From Klebsiella phage YX3973, in sequence record MK327140.1: a stretch of DNA of 46,907 nucleotides. The stretch is one strand, 5' to 3'. Below are positions 18,739 to 27,944 of this stretch, piece by piece; within the stretch, counting starts at the first letter, position 1, and every line of letters begins with the position of its first letter. The position numbers and the translations under genes were made by a program. Below the pieces are notes generated by a model. The model saw only the letters and a list, made by a program, of their open reading frames with translations, searched no databases and was not told where the DNA came from.

Positions 18739-21068
18739 ATTTCAACCTCATCATTTGTTAATTTGTAAATAACTACAGCATTACTTGTTCTTTTTGCGCT
18801 TTCATCTTTCTCAATAACACCATCTTCAATAAGTTTCTCTATGCATCTTTTCACATCATCGCGTTTATACCCACCTTCTTTTGCAACGCCTCTAACTATT
18901 GCGGTCTTAGTCATTCCGCGCTTAACATATTCTTTAACCATGGAGAAAATACCCTCAATTCGTTCTTCCATAGCTTTAGACTTCGCTCCGGAGATACTGT
19001 CAGCACGCATCATCAGGTCGCTTGTTGATTTAATCGTTAATGCTACCGCATATCTCAGGTGCTCCATGGTTATGACGCCAGTATCGCACGCGAGAATGCC
19101 AGCAATCTTTGCCACCTTCACAGCGCATCTGTTTATCAATGGGTGATAACCAGTACCGTTTTCTACATGCTTTCTTGCAACGGTTTTAATCCATGAGAAG
19201 AACTCCTTAGCGAGCTGAGAAACCTCAGGCGTAGCTTTTATAATCCGTCTTTCTTTTTTACTGATGATTGAGTCTGTCCAGTTTTTGTGCCCTGCCGTTC
19301 CGCCATTTATTATTGTTTTTATGGTCAGTTGCATATCCATAGGTAGATCACAGTAGTTGACGTTTTCGTTTTCGTCAGCAATCTCCTGCAACTCCTGCAT
19401 AATCATTGCGCGCCCCATAAGACCTGACTTAATGTTCTCTTCAGTGATAAGGCGCTTAAACTGATCATCAGTAGACACACCAAAGATTGAAAAAAATGGA
19501 TTCCTTATAGCTCCATCAATTCTGTTTATCACATCATCAAACTGACACTTAATGTCAACGGGGTCTGCCTGTATTTCATTTTCCTCAATAGCCATCAACA
19601 GCATAGCCTTTCTCTTTTCGAAAGACTTAATGAAATCCTCAGTAACCCGCTGATCACAATAAAGAACTTCTGACGTGTAAGCCTCCATGATCGCACCAGC
19701 GGTTGCCATGTTGTACTCGCTTACTTTCTGACCAACAACACTCCCAAGTTTTATCCCAATCTCATCCATGATGATATTAAACATCTGGTTAGCACAAAGA
19801 CCTTCGTATATCGCACGCTCTGAACGTATCTTACCGGCGACAGTCTTACTCAATCCTGAGCAATCAATTATCTTTTGTAGCGCAGCAAGGACATCACCCT
19901 TACCTGAACCTGAACCAGCGATACCAACAGCAAAAAGGTTTGGTAAAGCCTTCCTGTTTGTAAGGTAAATATCAGATGACGCTCCGCAAATCATGGATGC
20001 GGCATGCAATGCGGCAAGTGCTGCAATATTCTCTCGCTTCTCTGCACAGTTCTTATTAATCCACGCCGTAAGGCGACCAACAAATCCAGGTGGATAACGG
20101 ACATCAACACTTTTGTACTCTACAGGGCATTCACCAACACCCATTGCCATCTCTCGCTCGAAAGACTCAAGTTTCTCAATTTCCTCTGGAGTAGCCTCAA
20201 AAGTTACTTGCCTTACCCACCCTCCCTCTTGTGCCAGATAAACAAGAGTTCCTGCGGTTATCTTGTCGTCAATTCCATCTTTACCAAAGGAATGCCATTT
20301 GGCATCCATCTCCTCTGGTCGGTATTTGCTGAACTGTGATGACCAGTTATTCCACAGGTCAAACCCATTACCATCAGTTGCTTCATGGATAGCCATCCCC
20401 ACATTTATCCACGGATTGTACTCATCACCATCCTTGATGTATTTGAGCATGTCCTCCATTTCAGCAATGCTGTAATTTTTACTATCAAGCGTGAAAACCT
20501 CATCTTCCGATCGCTCAGGACGAAGCAGGAGTTCAATAAGTTGATATGGAGCTTCAGTTATCTCAGAAGGAGAACCATGCTCGGCTTCATAAAAATTACC
20601 TGACTTATGGAAAGAGCCGCAGCCAATAACGAAGCCAGATGATTTAAAGTCAATGCCATTAAATCTCCTGTCATGAGATCGCAGCTTCATTCCTTCAGGA
20701 AGTTTGTAATAGATATGGCGACCGCCGCCACCAGTCTTTACCGTAAAACCAGCTTCATCAGCAAGTTCAACATCTAACGCATCACACAACGCCTCATATC
20801 CATCGTCACCTCCATTCCTGGGGTCAATATCAACAACAAGGTACCCATTCACAAGAACACCGAATGACTGTAACTTGCCATACTTAGCCATGCTCTCAAT
20901 CTGCTCATCATCCCACTGGACACCAAGCTGCCAGTTACTCATAATCGGATGCTTTCCCGCAGCCTTACATTCCGGATCGCCACAAGTACAGTTGCGCTCT
21001 TCATCCATCGGATGAATGTCGATAATAGGGAAGCCGCATTTGCGATAATCTTCATAACCAATCATCAT
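18735..21068 (-). CDS. Bifunctional primase-polymerase (prim-pol N-terminal domain) with P4/D5-type NTPase C-terminal region
   Basis: VVDIDP...GGRHIYY prim-pol motifs; internal P-loop GSGSGKG; 777 aa. Confidence 0.7.
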   Translation of the reverse strand: MMIGYEDYRKCGFPIIDIHPMDEERNCTCGDPECKAAGKHPIMSNWQLGVQWDDEQIESMAKYGKLQSFGVLVNGYLVVDIDPRNGGDDGYEALCDALDVELADEAGFTVKTGGGGRHIYYKLPEGMKLRSHDRRFNGIDFKSSGFVIGCGSFHKSGNFYEAEHGSPSEITEAPYQLIELLLRPERSEDEVFTLDSKNYSIAEMEDMLKYIKDGDEYNPWINVGMAIHEATDGNGFDLWNNWSSQFSKYRPEEMDAKWHSFGKDGIDDKITAGTLVYLAQEGGWVRQVTFEATPEEIEKLESFEREMAMGVGECPVEYKSVDVRYPPGFVGRLTAWINKNCAEKRENIAALAALHAASMICGASSDIYLTNRKALPNLFAVGIAGSGSGKGDVLAALQKIIDCSGLSKTVAGKIRSERAIYEGLCANQMFNIIMDEIGIKLGSVVGQKVSEYNMATAGAIMEAYTSEVLYCDQRVTEDFIKSFEKRKAMLLMAIEENEIQADPVDIKCQFDDVINRIDGAIRNPFFSIFGVSTDDQFKRLITEENIKSGLMGRAMIMQELQEIADENENVNYCDLPMDMQLTIKTIINGGTAGHKNWTDSIISKKERRIIKATPEVSQLAKEFFSWIKTVARKHVENGTGYHPLINRCAVKVAKIAGILACDTGVITMEHLRYAVALTIKSTSDLMMRADSISGAKSKAMEERIEGIFSMVKEYVKRGMTKTAIVRGVAKEGGYKRDDVKRCIEKLIEDGVIEKDESAKRTSNAVVIYKLTNDEVEI

Positions 21069-21481
21069 TTAACCCTCGCTACATAAGCACCACCGACAAC
21101 AGGCTTGACGCTAAATTTTTTCTTTATTGACAAGCCAACCCAGTACAAAGCATTGCGCAATTGCTTAACGTCTTTTATCAACGTAAACTCATCAAACTCA
21201 AAATACTTACCGCCACCCTTCCCCACCTCTCTCGCAAACTGGTAAGCCTCATCGCTCTTACTGCCAAATTTAAAATTATCACTAGCGCAACCAACCATCA
21301 CGGTTAGACCATTGACATCACGATACTTCTCGGCTTCGGCTCTTGTTTCAAATCGTCTGGCATAATCAATGTCATCCGTGTACGCATCGCTATCAGAACG
21401 TAAATACAATACACACGCAGAACCATCTACTCCCACGCAGGGAGAATCAAGATAATAAAATTTCATATGCTCCACCATCAT
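21065..21481 (-). CDS. Hypothetical protein (138 aa)
   Basis: ORF track; overlaps neighbouring genes by 4 nt. Confidence 0.4.
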   Translation of the reverse strand: MMVEHMKFYYLDSPCVGVDGSACVLYLRSDSDAYTDDIDYARRFETRAEAEKYRDVNGLTVMVGCASDNFKFGSKSDEAYQFAREVGKGGGKYFEFDEFTLIKDVKQLRNALYWVGLSIKKKFSVKPVVGGAYVARVK

Positions 21482-21726
21482 TTAACCCGCTTCACCAACA
21501 ACCCCTCTTCCTTAACCTTAGTCTTGTACCTGGCGCAAATCTCTCCACCTATCTTTGCAGCCATCATACGGAAAGTCTCAACCCTTACTCCATGCGCCGT
21601 AAGCTCATCACGTGTGATTAGCAACTCATCACCAGTTTCCATCATATTAACCTTACCCCATACCCATGAAATCTTCGTTCCAGGCTTGTACATCATTACA
21701 CCCTCTCTTTTTGCTATGAATTCCAT
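21478..21726 (-). CDS. Hypothetical protein (82 aa), first gene of the leftward replication operon
   Basis: ORF track. Confidence 0.4.
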   Translation of the reverse strand: MEFIAKREGVMMYKPGTKISWVWGKVNMMETGDELLITRDELTAHGVRVETFRMMAAKIGGEICARYKTKVKEEGLLVKRVK

Positions 21727-21938
21727 TATATATAACTTTTAGTAACGCGCAACTACATTTAATATCCACATAAGATATTGATTTCAAAGCAAGAAAAAGA
21801 TACTTGACAAAGCATAACTGGAGAGCAATACTACAACCAATTGATTTATAAAGATTTTTTAGTTGCTAAATGCCATTTAATTTCTTGCTAACTTCCTGTT
21901 AAATTCTTAATTAAGTTGTTGATTTTAAAATATGTTCT

Positions 21939-22026
21939 CTTTTTACCCTAAATGCCACGGTTCTAAACGATATTTGATACCCGGGCATAAAAATTGAATA
22001 ACCCACGTGGCATTTAGGGTAAAAAG
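21939..22026. repeat. Perfect 21-bp inverted repeat (ctttttaccctaaatgccacg / cgtggcatttagggtaaaaag) flanking a 46-bp spacer, centred exactly on CCCGGG (21980-21985)
   Basis: Arms at 21939-21959 and 22006-22026 are exact reverse complements; TAAATGCCA 9-mers at 21869 and 21948 and in reverse orientation at 22009 and 22078. Confidence 0.6.
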
Positions 22027-22080
22027 AAATTTAGAGAAAAAAAAGAATAAAAACAACAACATAAAAGATAATAAGTTTGG

Positions 22081-22121
22081 CATTTAAAAAGAATTTAAAA
22101 AGCATTTAAAAAATATTTAAC
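22081..22121. repeat. Four tandem ~11-bp A-tract repeats (CATTTAAAAAG / AATTTAAAAAG / CATTTAAAAAA / TATTTAA) in phase with the helical repeat
   Basis: Read directly. Confidence 0.5.
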
Positions 22122-22130
22122 AAACATAAA

Positions 22131-22160
22131 GAAACCAGCTTAACCGCTGGTTTTCGTGTT
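22131..22160. terminator. Hairpin AACCAGC-ttaacc-GCTGGTT followed by a T-tract
   Basis: Read directly. Confidence 0.4.
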
Positions 22161-22318
22161 TCTGTTATCTAAGCTATTAATATCTATAATAAATATAAAG
22201 AAGATCTTAATATACTTTATAGATGTAATAAACAAAGGTTACTATTAGTAATGTATGTAACTATATATGTAAGCTAGCATTCACTAACATTTAGCTGTGA
22301 TTTTTCTCCATCTGTGTG

Positions 22319-22347
22319 TTGACGTAGAATCATCGTTGATGTAGATT
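22319..22347 (+). promoter_or_regulatory. Rightward sigma70-like promoter built from two 12-mer copies: TTGACGTAGAAT gives the -35 (TTGACG), a 17-bp spacer follows, and TTGATGTAGATT gives the -10 (TAGATT)
   Basis: Hexamers and spacing read directly; ATG 22378 with GAGGG RBS lies ~25 nt downstream of the predicted start. Confidence 0.55.
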
Positions 22348-22377
22348 GAACTCATTGGAACAAACGAGGGTGAAGAT

Positions 22378-22524
22378 ATGAAAATTAAAGACCTTGAAGA
22401 ATTTGAAGATGCACAGGCTATGGCGCGTATCGCAGTTGAGCGCACAAACAACAGCATTCCTGCCGAAGCATTCTGGAACGCAGCAATGCAGGCTTTAATC
22501 TCAGCGTATGGATTAAGCAAATGA
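22378..22524 (+). CDS. Small early protein (48 aa)
   Basis: RBS GAGGGTGAAG; first gene after the promoter. Confidence 0.35.
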   Translation: MKIKDLEEFEDAQAMARIAVERTNNSIPAEAFWNAAMQALISAYGLSK

Positions 22525-22616
22525 CAGTCGCAACATTCGAGCTTATTGCCAGCATGGTTATCGTGGCATTCATCATTATCTCAGTGGCAGTTTCCAAATC
22601 AGGGCATAAGGAGTAG
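22521..22616 (+). CDS. Possible 31-aa single-TM peptide
   Basis: ATGA overlap with the preceding ORF; hydrophobic core. Confidence 0.25.
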   Translation: MTVATFELIASMVIVAFIIISVAVSKSGHKE

Positions 22617-22704
22617 AAAAATGAGCAACTGGCATAACGAGCACATCATGCAGTGGTATCGCCGTCACATTAAGGCAATCACTAACTCTTATGAGGTTTA
22701 ACAC

Positions 22705-22890
22705 ATGGCAAAGACTATCTATCGTCGCGAGAAACTGGAGTCGGAACTAGGACATGTTGGAGCGCAAAACTTTATGATGGCGCAGGCGATGCATGCATAC
22801 AGCAACGGTAAGCGCGTCTGTCGCGTTTTTAGTGGCGAAGGAAAGCAGAGAGTGCTTGAGCAGGTTATCGTGTCATCTGGTGGAAACTAA
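22705..22890 (+). CDS. Hypothetical protein (61 aa)
   Basis: ORF track. Confidence 0.35.
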   Translation: MAKTIYRREKLESELGHVGAQNFMMAQAMHAYSNGKRVCRVFSGEGKQRVLEQVIVSSGGN

Positions 22891-22905
22891 ACCGGTTTAG
22901 CAACG

Positions 22906-23184
22906 ATGAATAAATTACTGGCAGTGGTTTTACTGGTTATCGCTAACGCAGCAAGCGCTGAGACTATATGGGTCACGAAGTATGCGTTAACCCGTGGCAT
23001 TCAGAAGTACGAAAGCGCACAGCTATTCGCAGATGGGCAGGTGGCTGTAGTTGGCGATGTTTACTTTAAACGTGGTGAGTACTGGCTTGATGAGCAACAG
23101 GCAAAAGAGCATGCAGAAACTTTGCGGCAACGCCGGGTATCTGCGCTGATGCGTGAGCTTGAGCATTTACAGGCGGTTAAGTGA
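22906..23184 (+). CDS. Secreted small protein (N-terminal signal peptide MNKLLAVVLLVIANAASA)
   Basis: Signal peptide followed by an AXA-like cleavage site. Confidence 0.45.
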   Translation: MNKLLAVVLLVIANAASAETIWVTKYALTRGIQKYESAQLFADGQVAVVGDVYFKRGEYWLDEQQAKEHAETLRQRRVSALMRELEHLQAVK

Positions 23185-23190
23185 GGATTT

Positions 23191-23592
23191 ATGGATATCG
23201 AAATTAACGAAGTTCATGAAATTATTAAAAACCTTGAGGGCGGTGGTGAGCTCTCAATCAAAGAGGAAAAATACCTCAAGATTGCAAAGCTGTGCGTGCA
23301 GCTGGCTGCGGAGAATGTGGCGCTGAAGACGTTCTGCAAAAACGCCGCATTTGATGCCGACTATGAAGCCGAACTTGGTATGGAAAGGGGCGGGCTTACT
23401 GACGCTCTCAACAATATCGAAACCCCCTCCACCGATCGCATCGTGGCCGGGATTAAGGCTGATGGGGTGGAGGAGTTCGTATCCAACACCGTGCATAAGA
23501 TTTTTGATGAAAGCGAAGCAGTGTCAGATTTGGCTTGCTTTTCCCTGGCTAATTCACACGTGAAGAAGCTGCGCGAGGTGGCCGACAAATGA
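23191..23592 (+). CDS. Hypothetical acidic protein (133 aa)
   Basis: ORF track; GAGG RBS. Confidence 0.45.
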   Translation: MDIEINEVHEIIKNLEGGGELSIKEEKYLKIAKLCVQLAAENVALKTFCKNAAFDADYEAELGMERGGLTDALNNIETPSTDRIVAGIKADGVEEFVSNTVHKIFDESEAVSDLACFSLANSHVKKLREVADK

Positions 23593-23907
23593 GCAACCGA
23601 ATCCCTAACTTCGGCTGGAACGCCGGCCGCGCCACCATGCTCAACGGAAGTAAGTCATGAAACCCTACATCATCCGCAGACTGATTGCCGCAGCTCTGCT
23701 GGCATTCTGGATTGTTGTTGCGCTGGCCGCCTACTTTATCGTGAGGTGATTTATGCTGTGGAGCGACATTCAGGCAGCGTGCGAAGAAGCTGACTTTCTG
23801 TATGAGGAGACCGGGAGGCATCATGCCGTCATTCAGGTTGGCAGCATGATGATGGTGGTTGAGCATAACAGCATGCTTCGGCATATGTACTCAACTACGA
23901 GGTATCA

Positions 23908-24105
23908 GTGATGCCACAAAAATCAAAGCAGGAGGTGTGGCAGATGGCTCAGCTCGAAGGCGTCGACCACTTCATAGCAGCAATCGCCAAAGCCTTTCCT
24001 GATGCGATTGAGGTGGTTCACGTTCAAAGCAATAACTGTAATGTTTGGTGTTATGCGAAAACTGATGTACAATCATCTCATCAATCATCACCCACCACCC
24101 TTTAA
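23908..24105 (+). CDS. Hypothetical protein (65 aa). Micro-ORFs of 23-52 aa lie between 23590 and 23911.
   Basis: ORF track; overlapping start/stops. Confidence 0.35.
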   Translation: MMPQKSKQEVWQMAQLEGVDHFIAAIAKAFPDAIEVVHVQSNNCNVWCYAKTDVQSSHQSSPTTL

Positions 24106-24106
24106 C

Positions 24107-24131
24107 CCGCTTCGGCGGGTTCTTTTTTGCC
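24107..24131 (+). terminator. Rho-independent terminator ending the early-right operon
   Basis: aacccgcttcggcgggttctttttt. Confidence 0.55.
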
Positions 24132-24205
24132 ATTAACGTCATGGTGTAGAATCTGTTACAATATCGAATAACGGAAAAAAAGCGGAATATTGATGGGTTT
24201 TATCT

Positions 24206-24622
24206 ATGGCTAAAAAGCTATTCAGTAAAGAAAATCAACCACAAAACAAACGCGGGAAAGATAAGCGCAAGTTGCTCGTTGAAGCTCTTGAACGAAAGGG
24301 ATTTAGCGAGGAAAAGCTCTATGACACCATCGTTGAGATGGCAATGATTGAGCGTGACACTGCAATGATGAAGGAGCTTATCGTTCGATTCAGTCCGTTA
24401 CCTAAACCTGTTGCACCTGTCTTTGAAGTGGACTTCCCTGATGATGGAACTCCTGTTCAGAAGATTGACGCCGTTATTCGTGGCATAGCCGCTGGTGTTA
24501 TACCTGTGGACATTGGTAAGACATTTGCTGAGGTTATCAGGACTGGTCTGGATATTGCCGAAGTTACCGAACTCGCCGCGCGCCTTGAGCGACTGGAGAA
24601 GTTACTGGAGCAACAACAGTAA
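24206..24622 (+). CDS. Putative terminase small subunit
   Basis: 138 aa; basic N-terminus, coiled-coil C-terminus; directly upstream of HNH and TerL. Confidence 0.45.
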   Translation: MAKKLFSKENQPQNKRGKDKRKLLVEALERKGFSEEKLYDTIVEMAMIERDTAMMKELIVRFSPLPKPVAPVFEVDFPDDGTPVQKIDAVIRGIAAGVIPVDIGKTFAEVIRTGLDIAEVTELAARLERLEKLLEQQQ

Positions 24623-24725
24623 CTGATTTATAATAATTAATGCGGCAAAGGGTAGCTCCCTGCCCGGATTGGTCTCCGGGCTGCTGCATCCAATCAATAG
24701 ACCGCCTGTAACCGAGGATTCAAGA

Positions 24726-25238
24726 ATGCCATCATTAAAAGAGCTCGCTCTCACTCAGGAAAGACTTAAGCATCTACTGCATTACAATCCAGATACTGGT
24801 GTTTTCACATGGGTTCAGCGCGCCTCAAAAAGCGTAAGAGTTGGTAATTCAGCGGGCAGTAAGAATAAGTCAGGCTATATAGATATACGCATCGATAAGT
24901 CTTTACACAAAGCTCATCGGCTTGCGTGGCTTTACATTTATGGTGTGTGGCCCAATGGGAAGATAGATCACATCAATAACGTGAAGACAGATAACAGAAT
25001 CTGCAACCTGAGAGAAGCAAGTAATAATGAAAACGGATGGAATGTTGGTAAACCATCGACAAATACGTCAGGAGTAAAAGGTGTGAGTTGGGATGCAGAG
25101 AAAAATAAATGGAAGGCGCATTGCAGGGTTTTTGGGAAAAAATATACGGTAGGTAGGTCTTCGTCAAAAGAAGATGCTGAGAGAGCTGTGGCGGAGTTCA
25201 GAAATAAACATCACGGGGAGTTTTGTAATCATGGCTAG
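24726..25238 (+). CDS. HNH endonuclease with AP2 DNA-binding domain (terminase-associated)
   Basis: HNH motif IDHINNVKTDNRICNLR; AP2-like GVKGVSWDAEKNKWKA; AGGA RBS before ATG 24726. Confidence 0.65.
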   Translation: MPSLKELALTQERLKHLLHYNPDTGVFTWVQRASKSVRVGNSAGSKNKSGYIDIRIDKSLHKAHRLAWLYIYGVWPNGKIDHINNVKTDNRICNLREASNNENGWNVGKPSTNTSGVKGVSWDAEKNKWKAHCRVFGKKYTVGRSSSKEDAERAVAEFRNKHHGEFCNHG

Positions 25239-26655
25239 AAAAAGACTCTCAAGTTTGGCAATCGAAAAACTTGAACAGGTAGTTGGCAACTCAACTGCAA
25301 AGCCAGAATCAGCAGTTTTTGGGCTTGTAGATAACTTACTCCAGGATGGCGCTCCAAATGTCGTAAAGCGCCTTAAGATGACAGCCACCGGAGTATCTGA
25401 AACTGATGAAGAGCCAACAATATTAATTCCTGAGCGAATGGAGCTATTACTTTATCCTCGTCGCTTTAAAGTGTTCTATGGTGGCAGGGGGTCAGCAAAA
25501 TCGAGGTCGTGTATATCCTACCTTATTGAAAAAGCAAGATTCCGCAACAGTCGCGTTGGTTGTTTCCGTGAGATACAGAACTCGATCAAAGAGTCAAGCT
25601 ATGCCGAGCTGGTCGATGAGATAAGCAGGAAGGGGCACACTCAGGAATACCGTTGCGTTGATGGTGAGATAACCCACCATTCAACGAGGTCAAAGTTTGT
25701 TTTTCGTGGTCTTTGGCGAAACATAACCGCCATCAAAGGTATGGCTGGCCTTACTGATGTGTTCTGTGAAGAATCCGAAAATATCAGTCAGGTGTCATGG
25801 GATACATTAATCCCGACAGTCCGCGCTGCTGGTTCTGAAATTATTATTGTTTTTAACCCGAACAAAGAGACGGACCCGACATGGACTAACTTTGTTGAGC
25901 CTTACATCGACAAGATGGTGGATGGGATATATCAGGATGATGATATTGTCGTTGTGAACGTTAACTACATCCATAACCCCTGGTTTACCGAGGAACTTAA
26001 ACAGCACATGAACCAGATGAAGGCGGTAGATTATGACCGCTATCTATGGGTTTATGAGGGGTTGTTTAACAGGCGATCAGATGAGGCCGTACTTGGTGGT
26101 AAGTGGCAGACTCTTGATTTCGAGCCATCGCCAGATTGGGGCGGGCCTTACTATGGTATTGACTTTGGTTTCTCGCAGGATGCTACGGCAGCAACTGAAT
26201 CTTATGTCGAGGATTTGGGCGGCGGAAGAAGAAACCTGTATATCTACCGCGACTTTGCAAAGGTTGGTCTTGAGATAACTGATACGCCAGAGGCTATGCG
26301 ACTGGCATTCCCCGGCTCCGAAAAATACAGATGGTATGGTGACTGCGCAAGGCCAGAAACAATAAGCCATATAAAGCGCTCAGGTTTTGATATCCACCCG
26401 TGCGCAAAGTGGCCTGGAAGCATTGAGGACGGAATTACATGGCTCAGGGGTTGTGACAGGATTTTTGTTCACGAAAGATGTAAGACTGTCATTGAGGAGT
26501 TTACTCTTTACAGCTACAAAGTGGACAAGCTCACGGGAAATATACTTCCTGATATCATCGACAAGCACAACCACGCCACAGATAGTTTGCGCTATGGCCT
26601 TGGCGATCACATCGTACAGCGTGGCTCTGGATGGATTAGAAGGAGCAGGAGATGA
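25231..26655 (+). CDS. Terminase large subunit
   Basis: Walker A FYGGRGSAKS; acidic nuclease-domain residues in the C-terminal half; overlaps the HNH stop. Confidence 0.8.
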   Translation: MARKRLSSLAIEKLEQVVGNSTAKPESAVFGLVDNLLQDGAPNVVKRLKMTATGVSETDEEPTILIPERMELLLYPRRFKVFYGGRGSAKSRSCISYLIEKARFRNSRVGCFREIQNSIKESSYAELVDEISRKGHTQEYRCVDGEITHHSTRSKFVFRGLWRNITAIKGMAGLTDVFCEESENISQVSWDTLIPTVRAAGSEIIIVFNPNKETDPTWTNFVEPYIDKMVDGIYQDDDIVVVNVNYIHNPWFTEELKQHMNQMKAVDYDRYLWVYEGLFNRRSDEAVLGGKWQTLDFEPSPDWGGPYYGIDFGFSQDATAATESYVEDLGGGRRNLYIYRDFAKVGLEITDTPEAMRLAFPGSEKYRWYGDCARPETISHIKRSGFDIHPCAKWPGSIEDGITWLRGCDRIFVHERCKTVIEEFTLYSYKVDKLTGNILPDIIDKHNHATDSLRYGLGDHIVQRGSGWIRRSRR

Positions 26656-26675
26656 GATGAGACCCCAGCAGGGGT

Positions 26676-26966
26676 CTATTTATAAAGCCAGCAATGAATC
26701 CCCGCATTGCGCATGGCCGCGTAAATAACATCATCAGACACGACCGCCATTGCCACCCTTTCAGCGTCAACCTGCTGGTGCGATGCCATGATGTCATCAT
26801 AGAAAACATCGTTAGCATGCAGCCACTCATACGCATGCTTTGCCCTCATGATTAGCACATCGTGACCGGCAGAGTAGAGCGACTTAGCCAGCGCTACGTT
26901 GCCAGCAATAGCATTTCCCTCCGCATCACGCAGCACACCATCAAGCTCGAAAATGACACATTTCAT
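26676..26966 (-). CDS. Hypothetical protein (96 aa) with weak HAD-like N-terminal motif FELDGVL
   Basis: ORF track; GGAGAA RBS; driven by the promoter at 26993-27021. Confidence 0.35.
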   Translation of the reverse strand: MKCVIFELDGVLRDAEGNAIAGNVALAKSLYSAGHDVLIMRAKHAYEWLHANDVFYDDIMASHQQVDAERVAMAVVSDDVIYAAMRNAGIHCWLYK

Positions 26967-26992
26967 AAGATTTCTCCGAGAGGTTTCATTTT

Positions 26993-27021
26993 AATCTACG
27001 CCATGCTAGAATCTACGTCAA
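26993..27021 (-). promoter_or_regulatory. Leftward sigma70-like promoter made of two 12-mer copies: TTGACG (27021..27016), 17-bp spacer, TAGATT (26998..26993)
   Basis: Read directly on the - strand; ATG 26966 lies ~20 nt downstream of the predicted start. Confidence 0.5.
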
Positions 27022-27055
27022 GGCGCATTGACATAACTACATCACCGGGGGCATC

Positions 27056-27295
27056 ATGAAGGCATACTCATCTTTTTCGTGGGAGCAGAAGGAAAAAATA
27101 TACTCACTCGCAAGAGCTGGCGTGTCTGATGAAGCACTGTGCGAAAGGTACGATGTTGATGAGGCTATTCTTCTGCGCATGTATGATGAGGTGCTGTGTG
27201 AGTTGCAGCGGCGTCGTGGTTACAGCGGGCTGAAGACGATTAATGATTTCTTTCGGAATGTTGAGTTAAATGACGATGAGGGTGGTGATTTGTGA
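27056..27295 (+). CDS. Hypothetical protein (79 aa)
   Basis: ORF track; leader CATCACCGGGGG shared with the endolysin gene leader. Confidence 0.4.
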   Translation: MKAYSSFSWEQKEKIYSLARAGVSDEALCERYDVDEAILLRMYDEVLCELQRRRGYSGLKTINDFFRNVELNDDEGGDL

Positions 27296-27326
27296 AGGGT
27301 ATCGCATTTATGATTGAGGCGACGAA

Positions 27327-27815
27327 ATGACAACAATTGCATGGGATGGGGTTACGATTGCGCACGATAGTCAGTCCACTGCCGGAAGCCTGATTATGGC
27401 TAACCAGCAAAAGTCTTTTGTACTTGATGAAAATGATAAGTTTTTTATTTGCGGTGAGCTTGCTGTATTGATTGTTGGTAGTGGTGCTGCTGGCGACGAA
27501 CGATATGCGAAGCAGTTCATGCGGCGGGCTGTTGATGACATTATGGAAATGCCTGGAGAGCTTGACTTTACTCAGTGGGTATTCACAGAGAAAGGAAGCT
27601 GTTTTGCCATCCAGAAGATTCCTGGCAATAAATATCCGGCGGTTTACGCAGTCACTCCCCCGCTTGCCGCTGGTTGTGGGCGCGACTTCGCTATGACCGC
27701 AATGTATTTGGGGCAGACCGCTGAGCAGGCGGTAATTACCGCGTCAGTTCTGGATGCGTTCACTGACTCGAACGTTAAAACATATAAATTTAAACACGGT
27801 GAGGGGATGAAATGA
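27327..27815 (+). CDS. HslV/proteasome beta-subunit-like N-terminal-nucleophile hydrolase (Thr directly after the initiator Met)
   Basis: MTTIAWDG..IAHDSQST..K28 lines up with HslV TTIVSV..AGDGQAT..K33; GSGAAG and AAGCGRDFAMTAM correspond to HslV GFAGG and GSGGPYAQAAA; 162 aa. Confidence 0.6.
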   Translation: MTTIAWDGVTIAHDSQSTAGSLIMANQQKSFVLDENDKFFICGELAVLIVGSGAAGDERYAKQFMRRAVDDIMEMPGELDFTQWVFTEKGSCFAIQKIPGNKYPAVYAVTPPLAAGCGRDFAMTAMYLGQTAEQAVITASVLDAFTDSNVKTYKFKHGEGMK

Positions 27816-27944
27816 TTATTGAAGGTGAACGTTTTCACGATGTTAAGTTGTTTCTAAGTGACAGCGGCGCGCTGCATTGCAGTGTTCATGCTGGTTGCGT
27901 CTATGGTTGGCGTGCTGTTTCTTAGTAGAATTGATTGAGGTGGG

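Noticed and set aside
23254-23884. Several - strand ORFs (75-111 aa) within the early-right operon
   Set aside because: Antisense to coupled + strand genes; no promoter or terminator context on that strand.
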